Part shown: in pieces, positions 41,422-49,067 of the stretch
Numbering within the stretch: the first letter of the stretch is position 1
How the letters are laid out: each line of letters begins with the position of its first letter
Origin: an uncultured Prevotellaceae bacterium
GTDB taxonomy: Bacteria; Bacteroidota; Bacteroidia; Bacteroidales; Bacteroidaceae
Assembly (NCBI GenBank): GCA_900314715.1
Contig: OMWI01000007.1
Location: 43,841-107,840 of the forward strand
Direction of reading: 5' to 3'
Length of the DNA: 64,000 bases
Position numbers and translations under genes: made by a program
The notes under the pieces: generated by a model
Told to the model about the DNA's origin: nothing
What the model saw: the letters and a program-made list of their open reading frames with translations, nothing else
Database searches by the model: none

Positions 41422-43020
41422 TCAAAATGGAACTTTAGCTTCGAAATATACCATTTCGTTTGTTGAAGGGTGAATGAATTGAATGCTCTCTGCGTGAAGA
41501 AAAAGACGCTCGTCTTTCATTCCGTAGAGAGCATCTCCTTTGATGGGGTTGTTCAAACCTAATTGATGGGCGCAATGAACACGCAATTGGTGAGTACGAC
41601 CGGTATGCGGAAAAAGCCAAATCCTATATTCATCCATCATCTTGTATTCCGTAATTGCCGTTTTCCCATGTTTTTCGTCGATGATTTGATAAGGTCTGTT
41701 GAGTGGGTCAGGTCGCATGGGCAGGGTAATTGTACCTTCTCGTTGCGTTGAAGTCATGGGATGCGAAAGTAAAGCCACGTATTTCTTTTGGATAAGATGG
41801 TTGGCAAATTGCGATTGCAAATGTTTGTGTGTCTTCTTGTTTTTCGCAATTACGAGCAAACCACTCGTTGCTTGGTCTAAACGATGCACCATTTGAAGAC
41901 ATTCGGCATCTTGACAACGTTCGTGCATAATGTCGTAAACCGAAATCTCATTTGTTTTCCCTGGTACACTCAACATTCCCGCTGGTTTATCTACCACAAT
42001 CAAGTCGTCATCTTCATAGATAATACGGTCGTTTAGCATGTTTCCGTCTTTGTCATTTACTTGTGAGGGTAGGGAAGCGGTATTTCCTAAATCCAACATC
42101 CATGTTAGAATAGGCAAACATTTCCCCCTACATGCAGGATAATAATGCAAATGATGTCGTATCTCTTGTTTTGGAGAAGGACCAAACCAAAACATCGCCA
42201 TACTAATGGGTTTCAAATGATGGAGGAAAGCATATTGTAATAGTTTGGGTTCACAACATTCGCCTGCCCCAGAAGGTGGGATTTTCTGAACCGTATCGGC
42301 AAAAATCTCCAAAAGATTCTTGCTTTCACCATGTAGGTTGAGAATGTTGAATTGCGAGAAAAGCCAACTTTGCAAAGCATCGGATAATTGCTTGCGCAAA
42401 TGCTTCAATTCCTCTACCTCTTGTAAATATAGTGTATAGTGACCGTAAAGAGTATCTATAGGTTGGCTAAACATACTCTTTATGCGCCTTAACTCTGCCT
42501 TTTGGAATTGGCTTTCCTTAATCATGGCTTCGTCTTCCTCCTTCGACACGTTTCCTTTCTTACGTCTCTCATCGCGTAGAGCCTTGCTTTTCTGCATCAA
42601 AAGTTTGTATTCGTCAACCGTTTTTTCACGCTTTTCCTTGAGTTCGTTCAGTTTTTTCTCCGCATTCAAGAACCGTTCGTCGTTTTCCAACGCATGAATG
42701 GAATGGTTGATATTCGTGATTTCCGCCTCATGAGTCTTGAAATAACCATCGGGTTGCAAGTAGTCGAAGATGGCAGGCACGAAAATCTCGTCATCATCCA
42801 TTCCATTTATCTGCCCTGAATAAGCCGCTAAATACCCCAATTCCCCTTCTTGGTTCTCCACTACTAACACCCCAAACATCTTGCCCTCATCGTTTTGAGG
42901 GATGAGAGGCAAGAGTTTTTCCACCGCCAACATACAAAGAGGATGTGGCTCATAATCAAATGGATTGTTCATCTCATTCGGTTTCTCTATGTTGGTGTGA
43001 AGGGGGTGAAATAGTTTCAT
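41422..43020 (-). CDS. RluA-family pseudouridine synthase with a ~300-aa N-terminal extension
   Basis: The C-terminal half has HRLDQATSGLLVIAK (catalytic Asp motif) and GRTHQLRVH. The N-terminal half is coiled-coil and Cys-rich. ATGA overlap with the upstream TBDR gene. Confidence 0.8.
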   Translation of the reverse strand: MKLFHPLHTNIEKPNEMNNPFDYEPHPLCMLAVEKLLPLIPQNDEGKMFGVLVVENQEGELGYLAAYSGQINGMDDDEIFVPAIFDYLQPDGYFKTHEAEITNINHSIHALENDERFLNAEKKLNELKEKREKTVDEYKLLMQKSKALRDERRKKGNVSKEEDEAMIKESQFQKAELRRIKSMFSQPIDTLYGHYTLYLQEVEELKHLRKQLSDALQSWLFSQFNILNLHGESKNLLEIFADTVQKIPPSGAGECCEPKLLQYAFLHHLKPISMAMFWFGPSPKQEIRHHLHYYPACRGKCLPILTWMLDLGNTASLPSQVNDKDGNMLNDRIIYEDDDLIVVDKPAGMLSVPGKTNEISVYDIMHERCQDAECLQMVHRLDQATSGLLVIAKNKKTHKHLQSQFANHLIQKKYVALLSHPMTSTQREGTITLPMRPDPLNRPYQIIDEKHGKTAITEYKMMDEYRIWLFPHTGRTHQLRVHCAHQLGLNNPIKGDALYGMKDERLFLHAESIQFIHPSTNEMVYFEAKVPF

Positions 43021-45125
43021 AATGCTATGGGAATTAAAAGCTTCATACAAATGTTCCTACCCATGTCGAATACGCCTTGTCTTCCTGTAATGGGATTCAC
43101 GTCAGCATATTTCAGTCGGCTGAGATGATTCTGATAAGCACGATCAAAGATATTGTTAGCGATGATGTGAAGGGTGGCTATCTTTTTCTTATGATATGAG
43201 ATGTCTGTTCCCAACGATAGGTTTACCAAGGAGTAAGATGGCGTTTCCGTCTCGGTATCATCGTGTTTATAATAATGGCTTTGTTTCAAATAACATTCCA
43301 ACCCTATAGATGCGTAAGCGTTATTGAATGGTAAGTTTGCGGTTGGGATATCAAACTTCAAGCCAGATGTCCATCTTGGTGCGGGAATAAATGGCAAATA
43401 CCTGCTTTCTTCTGGTTGATGTAATTGTCGGGAGTCAACGTAGGAGAACGTATTAAGGAAATGCAACCTTTCTATAGGATGGATTTCTATGCTTACTTCA
43501 CCTCCCCACAACCGAGCATTGCCAGAAGTATATTGATAAGTGTTTCGTCCATCGGTTATGATACCAGGCAAACGTTGCGTGAAAATATAGTTTTCAATGT
43601 GGTTGGCAAAGAGAGAAAGAGAGGCTGAAACCATCTTCGAAGTGAAATCAAGTCCTGCATCTGCTTGCCAACTATATTCCGGAGAAAGGTTTGTGTTGCC
43701 CAATTCATATCTGATACTTCCTTCATGAACACCGTTGGAAGCCAATTCGCTTATGTTAGGTCCTCTGAATCCTCGCGATATATTCATGCGTAAATGCAAT
43801 TTATCGGAAACACAATATGTGGTTCCCACGCTTCCCGTCACTCCTTGGAAATTCTTGGTGAAGTCGATAAACCGCTCTTCCAATGCCTTACCATGCAAGT
43901 TTCGTATATCAAAACGAACACCACCACTCACCGTCCATCTGTTATACGACCAACTTGCGGTAGAAAACACGCCCCAATCAAAGAGGTTATAGTCGGGAAT
44001 CAGAAACTCTTCGCCTGCGTTTACGGATTTCTGATACATTCCATTCATTCCCACGGCAAACTTCAAATGATTCTTTTCAGGAGAAGTATAGCGCAAATCA
44101 TAGTTGATGGTGTGAAGTTTGAGATCAAGATCGGCTTCATCCACACTCTCTTCATGTTCTTGACGATGATTTTGTTGATAACCCACAATTAATTTCATGT
44201 TACCTTCACCCATATATAACGTATTTTCAGATACGGCTTTGTAATGGTAGATTTGTTGAAAAGGCAATGCTTTACTATAGGTTTTCACGTTATAACCCTC
44301 ATAGGGAAGTGCCAATTCACCATTTGCTTCCCTCTCTCCTTCGATGATTCCAGGTGTGAGATGGTAATAGCTAAAGATGAATTGCGACTTTCCCCAATTG
44401 CGGTATGTTCCCAGTAAACCAGACAATGCTCGTTCGTGGAATTGCGAATTGACGACATATCCGTCATATTTGTTTTTATAAGCATGAGCCATTCGTTTAG
44501 AATAACGCAAGTTCCACATTATAGATTGTTTGTTTCCCGCAAAATTTAATGAACAGTCTATCTGTCCATTGTTGGTTTGATAACCTGTGGAAACATTTGC
44601 CTCCATCTTTCCTTGTGGTAAAGTGGGGTCGTTATGGAAGATGATGACACCAGCCATTGCGTCAGAACCATACATCAAACTGGCAGGTCCTTTCAGAATT
44701 TCCACCGAACTTACACCTTGTCCGTCTATCTCTATGCCATGCTCATCTCCCCATTGTTGACCTTCTTGTCGAATGCCGTCGTTCACTACAGTTACTCGAT
44801 TGAAACCCAAACCACGAATAACGGGCTTGGAAATGCCGCTTCCCGTCGTGATTTGTGCCAATCCTGGTTGGTGAGCAATGGCATCAATGATGTTGGTAGA
44901 TGATGTTGATTGTATTTCGCCCTTTGATATATATGTAAAAGGAAGGGGCGTTTCCTTGATGAGCGAGAGACCTGTCACCCCAGTAACAACCACCTCGCTA
45001 ATGGTTTTTGTTCGCCAAATATCCACGGGAAGAGTGTCTTTTTCTTCAGTTGTTCCCATGAATGACTTAGCTATTCCTGATATTGGAATCCAAATCAAGA
45101 ATAAAATTATTGATAAGTATTTCAT
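43017..45125 (-). CDS. TonB-dependent receptor (non-SusC, siderophore/metal-type)
   Basis: Plug motifs (VVVTG..., IEILKGPASLMYGSDAMAGVI) and a 22-strand-size barrel; 702 aa. Confidence 0.88.
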   Translation of the reverse strand: MKYLSIILFLIWIPISGIAKSFMGTTEEKDTLPVDIWRTKTISEVVVTGVTGLSLIKETPLPFTYISKGEIQSTSSTNIIDAIAHQPGLAQITTGSGISKPVIRGLGFNRVTVVNDGIRQEGQQWGDEHGIEIDGQGVSSVEILKGPASLMYGSDAMAGVIIFHNDPTLPQGKMEANVSTGYQTNNGQIDCSLNFAGNKQSIMWNLRYSKRMAHAYKNKYDGYVVNSQFHERALSGLLGTYRNWGKSQFIFSYYHLTPGIIEGEREANGELALPYEGYNVKTYSKALPFQQIYHYKAVSENTLYMGEGNMKLIVGYQQNHRQEHEESVDEADLDLKLHTINYDLRYTSPEKNHLKFAVGMNGMYQKSVNAGEEFLIPDYNLFDWGVFSTASWSYNRWTVSGGVRFDIRNLHGKALEERFIDFTKNFQGVTGSVGTTYCVSDKLHLRMNISRGFRGPNISELASNGVHEGSIRYELGNTNLSPEYSWQADAGLDFTSKMVSASLSLFANHIENYIFTQRLPGIITDGRNTYQYTSGNARLWGGEVSIEIHPIERLHFLNTFSYVDSRQLHQPEESRYLPFIPAPRWTSGLKFDIPTANLPFNNAYASIGLECYLKQSHYYKHDDTETETPSYSLVNLSLGTDISYHKKKIATLHIIANNIFDRAYQNHLSRLKYADVNPITGRQGVFDMGRNICMKLLIPIAL

Positions 45126-45169
45126 GTTATTCCTTATTTAATGATAGTAATATAATATGTATGCTATAA

Positions 45170-45517
45170 TTAAATAAGGTAAGGAGGTGCTCGAAGAAGA
45201 TGACATGAAATGGTTGCCAAAGGAATATCCAATTGGCATACTGGAACGAAATAATGTATTGGCGTTATGAAACACGACAACGTTTCTGCTTGGGAATAAT
45301 CGTATGGCACATGGTTGAATTGACAAAGCACACAATTATCCAATGAAACCGAATGCCAAGAGATGTGACCGCTATGAGGTAGATGATGGGCGCATTGAAC
45401 ACATTCCACATCATCATTCACCACCTCATGGTGATGATGAAGAATGGAAAGTGCCATCATCGGTATGAAAACCGAAAGCAACAACCATGCAACAAACCTT
45501 CTGTGTCGTATTCTCAT
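45170..45517 (-). CDS. Small Cys/His-rich membrane-anchored protein of unknown function
   Basis: 115 aa: N-terminal TM, an HHHH run, and two CxxC motifs (CVQCAHH, CVLCQF). Co-directional and immediately upstream of the TBDR. Confidence 0.55.
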   Translation of the reverse strand: MRIRHRRFVAWLLLSVFIPMMALSILHHHHEVVNDDVECVQCAHHLPHSGHISWHSVSLDNCVLCQFNHVPYDYSQAETLSCFITPIHYFVPVCQLDIPLATISCHLLRAPPYLI

Positions 45518-45525
45518 AACTTGTG

Positions 45526-45533
45526 CAAAGGTA
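45526..45533 (-). promoter_or_regulatory. -7 promoter box (TAccTTTG) for the small-protein/TBDR/RluA unit
   Basis: Exact TAnnTTTG only 8 nt upstream of the ATG at 45517. This implies a near-leaderless mRNA or a later start codon. Confidence 0.45.
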
Positions 45534-45551
45534 ATTCAAAGAGTTGAAACT

Positions 45552-45564
45552 CACAAATTTTGTG
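45552..45564. promoter_or_regulatory. 13-bp palindrome CACAAAtTTTGTG overlapping the -33 region of the TBDR promoter
   Basis: Perfect 6+1+6 palindrome; candidate repressor site. The binding factor is unknown. Confidence 0.3.
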
Positions 45565-45686
45565 TTGATATTTGCTATTTTTATGAAATCGGATAAGTTG
45601 TTGGAAATATATAGATGAAAAACGTACATAAAAAATGAAAATTTATAGATTTTCGTCAAAATGTTTTTTTATTGGAATAGATTTAC

Positions 45687-45694
45687 TATCTTTG
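45687..45694 (+). promoter_or_regulatory. -7 promoter box (TAtcTTTG) for the citrate lyase operon
   Basis: Exact TAnnTTTG, ~50 nt upstream of citD. Confidence 0.5.
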
Positions 45695-45742
45695 CACTAT
45701 AATATATATGTTTAACGAAATTTACCATAAAAACACATTAAC

Positions 45743-46054
45743 ATGGAAATGAAAACAGGTGATTCAAAAGAGAAGAACCAAATGACAAAAGCATCCGCAG
45801 GTACTCTGGAATCTGGGGATATTTTTATTCAGATTGCTCCTTCCGAGGAAGATGGACTGCAAATAGCCTTGGATAGTACGGTGGCTTACCAGTTTGGTGA
45901 GCAAATCAAGACGGTTATTGCCGAAACCTTGCATGGCTTGGGCATTGATAAGGCTGAGGTGAAAGCTACAGACAAAGGTGCGCTCGATTGCACCATACGT
46001 GCGAGAGTGACGGCTGCTGCCGTTAGGGCAACTGGAAAAGACGTTTGGAAGTAA
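45743..46054 (+). CDS. citD: Citrate lyase acyl carrier protein (gamma subunit)
   Basis: AGTLESGDIFIQI contains the prosthetic-group serine context (LESGD), and DKGALDCTIRARV is conserved. The start could be 45782 (MTKASAG). Confidence 0.9.
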   Translation: MEMKTGDSKEKNQMTKASAGTLESGDIFIQIAPSEEDGLQIALDSTVAYQFGEQIKTVIAETLHGLGIDKAEVKATDKGALDCTIRARVTAAAVRATGKDVWK

Positions 46055-46075
46055 TTTTGTTTAAAAGTAAAAATT

Positions 46076-46966
46076 ATGCAAAGACTAAGAAGAACCATGA
46101 TGTTCGTTCCGGGAAATAACCCGGCAATGATGCAAGACGCATTCATATATGGTCCCGATTCCATCATGCTTGATTTGGAAGACTCGGTGACGATGGCAGA
46201 GAAAGATGCAGCTCGTTTGTTGGTTTACAATGCCTTGAAAACCATCGATTACGGAGATACCGAGATGGTTGTTCGTATCAATCCTTTGAATACACCATAC
46301 GGAAAGAAAGACATTGAAGCCGTTGTGAAAGCAGGTGTTGACGTGATTCGTATGCCTAAGACCGAAACGGCTGATGAAGTTCGTGAGGTTGAACGTGAGA
46401 TTGAGAACGTTGAGAAAGAGATAGGTTGTCTCGGACGTACCAAGATTATGGCAGCCATCGAGAGTGCTTTGGGTATCGTGAATGCCTACGATATTGCCAT
46501 TGCTTCGAAGAGAATGATGGGAATTGCATTGGGTGCTGAAGATTATTGCGCCAATTTGAAGACGCAACGTACACCTGGTGGAGCAGAGTTGTTGCTGGCT
46601 CGTCAGACGATTGTTGTTGCTGCTCGTGCCGCAGGTATAGATGCCCTTGATACGGTTTATTCAAACCTGAACGATATGGAAACGTTCCGCAAGGAAGTGG
46701 AACTCATCAAGACACTTGGTTTTGATGGTAAGTCAATCATTAATCCTCGTCAGATTGAGGTGGTCAATGAAGTGTTTGCGCCAAAAGAGAAAGACATCAT
46801 GAAAGCACAGACCATTCTCGCTGCCATCAAGGAAGCCGAGAAGCGTGGTAGTGGTGTTATTTCCGTCAATGGCAAGATGGTTGACCGCCCCGTGGTATTG
46901 CGCGCTCAGCGTACCATCGACTTGGCGATTGCATCAGGAATATTAAAAGAGGAGGATTTACTATGA
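46076..46966 (+). CDS. citE: Citrate lyase beta subunit (citryl-ACP lyase)
   Basis: HpcH/CitE family: MFVPGNNPAMM, MLDLEDSV, GFDGKSIINPRQI. Confidence 0.9.
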   Translation: MQRLRRTMMFVPGNNPAMMQDAFIYGPDSIMLDLEDSVTMAEKDAARLLVYNALKTIDYGDTEMVVRINPLNTPYGKKDIEAVVKAGVDVIRMPKTETADEVREVEREIENVEKEIGCLGRTKIMAAIESALGIVNAYDIAIASKRMMGIALGAEDYCANLKTQRTPGGAELLLARQTIVVAARAAGIDALDTVYSNLNDMETFRKEVELIKTLGFDGKSIINPRQIEVVNEVFAPKEKDIMKAQTILAAIKEAEKRGSGVISVNGKMVDRPVVLRAQRTIDLAIASGILKEEDLL

Positions 46967-48501
46967 ACAGCATCAAAGAACGTGCAGCATTGATTCAGGA
47001 GGCTGCCAAGAAACTCAATAAAGAGATTTACCAAGATAGTGGACAGAGCAAGAACGTTGCTCCTCGCACCAATGGACTGACCAATTCACACAAGGTAGTG
47101 AGCTTGGAGGAGGCCATTCGTAGAAGTGGTTTGCAAAACGGGATGACTATCTCATTCCATCATCACTTCCGTGCAGGTGATAAGGTGATTAATATGGTGG
47201 TAGATAAGTTGGCTGAGATGGGTTATAAGGACTTGCATCTCGCTTCATCGAGCCTCATTGATGTTCATGAACCATTGATTGAGCACATCCGCAATGGTGT
47301 GATTACGCGTATTTCCACATCGGGATTGCGTGGTAAGTTGGCTCAGGAAATCAGTCATGGATTGATGAAAGAACCAGTTATCTTCCGTTCTCATGGTTCT
47401 CGTGGTAGTGCGATTGCGAGTGGCGACTTGCATATAGATGTTGCATTCCTCGGAACATCATCGAGCGACCCGATGGGAAATGCTTGTGGTTACTCGCGTT
47501 CACCCAATGCCAAGAGTATATGCGGTAGTATCGGTTATGCGTTGCCCGATGCGCAATATGCGGATAAAGTAGTGATTCTCACGGATGACCTTGTGCCATA
47601 TCCTAACCGTCCGTCAGGTATCTCTGAGTTGGATGTGGATTATGTGGTAGTTGTAGATAGCGTGGGCGATTCATCGAAGATTTCTTCTGGAGCCATTCGC
47701 GACACCAAGAATCCACGCGATATCTTGTTGGCGCAACAAGCTGCTAAGGTGATTATCAATAGTGGATATTTCAAGGAAGGATTTTCCATACAGACGGGTT
47801 CTGGTGGAGCGTCGTTAGCAGCCGTGAAATTTATCCGCCAGAGTATGCTCGACCAAGGCATCAAGGCAAGTTTTGCTTTGGGTGGAATCACCGCGCACAT
47901 GGTGAAGATGCACGAAGAAGGATTGATAGAACGCTTGATGGATGTGCAATCATTTGATAAGGTGGCTGCAGAGTCATTGAAGAGCGACCGTATGCACAAG
48001 GAAATTTCAAGTATCGAATATGCCAGTGCCGATGAACCAGGTTCTGCAACTCACTTCTTGGATATCGTTATCTTGTCGGCATTAGAAGTTGATGTCAACT
48101 TCAATGTGAATGTATTGGTAGGAAGCGACGGTATTATTCGCGGAGCTATTGGTGGACACCCAGATACGGCTGCAGATTCAGCCTTGTCAATCATTGTTTG
48201 TCCATTGTTGCGCGGTAGAATTCCTTGTGTGGTAGATGAGGTTACCACGCTTATCACTCCTGGTTCTACGGTAGATGTGGTTGTTACGGAATACGGTATT
48301 GCCGTGAATCCGCGTCGTCCAGAGATTGCCGAAAGATTATCCAAGGCAGGCTTGAAGGTAGTAGATATCAACGACCTCAAGGCTCGTGCTGAGAAGATAA
48401 TCGGTAAACCAGCACCCTTACCATTCGGTGATAAGGTTGTGGGAATCGTACTGAACCGTGAAGGCTCAGTACAGGATGTGATTAAGAATATTGTTGATTA
48501 A
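46963..48501 (+). CDS. citF: Citrate lyase alpha subunit (citrate CoA-transferase)
   Basis: 512 aa; ATGA overlap with citE. Motifs SFHHHFR, GSGGASLA and VVTEYGIAVNP are typical of CitF. Confidence 0.9.
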   Translation: MNSIKERAALIQEAAKKLNKEIYQDSGQSKNVAPRTNGLTNSHKVVSLEEAIRRSGLQNGMTISFHHHFRAGDKVINMVVDKLAEMGYKDLHLASSSLIDVHEPLIEHIRNGVITRISTSGLRGKLAQEISHGLMKEPVIFRSHGSRGSAIASGDLHIDVAFLGTSSSDPMGNACGYSRSPNAKSICGSIGYALPDAQYADKVVILTDDLVPYPNRPSGISELDVDYVVVVDSVGDSSKISSGAIRDTKNPRDILLAQQAAKVIINSGYFKEGFSIQTGSGGASLAAVKFIRQSMLDQGIKASFALGGITAHMVKMHEEGLIERLMDVQSFDKVAAESLKSDRMHKEISSIEYASADEPGSATHFLDIVILSALEVDVNFNVNVLVGSDGIIRGAIGGHPDTAADSALSIIVCPLLRGRIPCVVDEVTTLITPGSTVDVVVTEYGIAVNPRRPEIAERLSKAGLKVVDINDLKARAEKIIGKPAPLPFGDKVVGIVLNREGSVQDVIKNIVD

Positions 48502-48502
48502 A

Positions 48503-48556
48503 ACTTTAAGGACTTTAAGGACCTTAAAGACTCTAAGGTCCTTAAAGTCTTTAGTA
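48503..48556. repeat. Six tandem 9-bp units (actttaagg-like) forming a long hairpin directly after the citF stop
   Basis: ctttaaggacc (48513-48523) pairs perfectly with ggtccttaaag (48537-48547). The stem extends to ~18 bp with G-U pairs. No U-tract follows. Confidence 0.85.
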
Positions 48557-48563
48557 GAAGAAT

Positions 48564-49067
48564 ATGGAGATTACGCTTGACATGCTATTGGAAAGTCGCG
48601 AGAAACGCTGGAACTTTCAACGTCAGTTGATTCAGGAACATCCTGAGTTGACGTTGGTGTGCGTTACCGTGATTATGCCAGGTAATGTCAAGCGTAATGC
48701 TCAATCTCTCGTTGTGGCTCATGCTGCTGTTCAATCGGTGCAAGATGCATTCGATAAAAACATTCGTTGGCAACAGGAGAAGGATTTGGTAACGGGATAT
48801 GAAGCGTATTTTCTCATTCAAAGACCCATGCTTGATTGTAAGCGCGTCGCTTGTGAAATAGAAGATGCTCATCCACTTGGTAGACTCTTTGACATTGATG
48901 TTATTGACTCCAATGTGGAACCCGTTTCGCGTTCCGTAATCGGTAAGGAAGGGCGCAAGTGCCTTCTTTGCGAACATGAAGCCCGCTATTGCATGAGAAA
49001 TCACACCCATTCGCGAGAGGAGTTGCAACAGAGAATACAACAAATGATTGATGCCTATGCACAATGA
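48564..49067 (+). CDS. citX: Holo-citrate lyase synthase (apo-ACP 2'-(5''-phosphoribosyl)-3'-dephospho-CoA transferase)
   Basis: Size (167 aa), the N-terminal LLESREKRWNFQRQL pattern, and operon position. Confidence 0.75.
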   Translation: MEITLDMLLESREKRWNFQRQLIQEHPELTLVCVTVIMPGNVKRNAQSLVVAHAAVQSVQDAFDKNIRWQQEKDLVTGYEAYFLIQRPMLDCKRVACEIEDAHPLGRLFDIDVIDSNVEPVSRSVIGKEGRKCLLCEHEARYCMRNHTHSREELQQRIQQMIDAYAQ

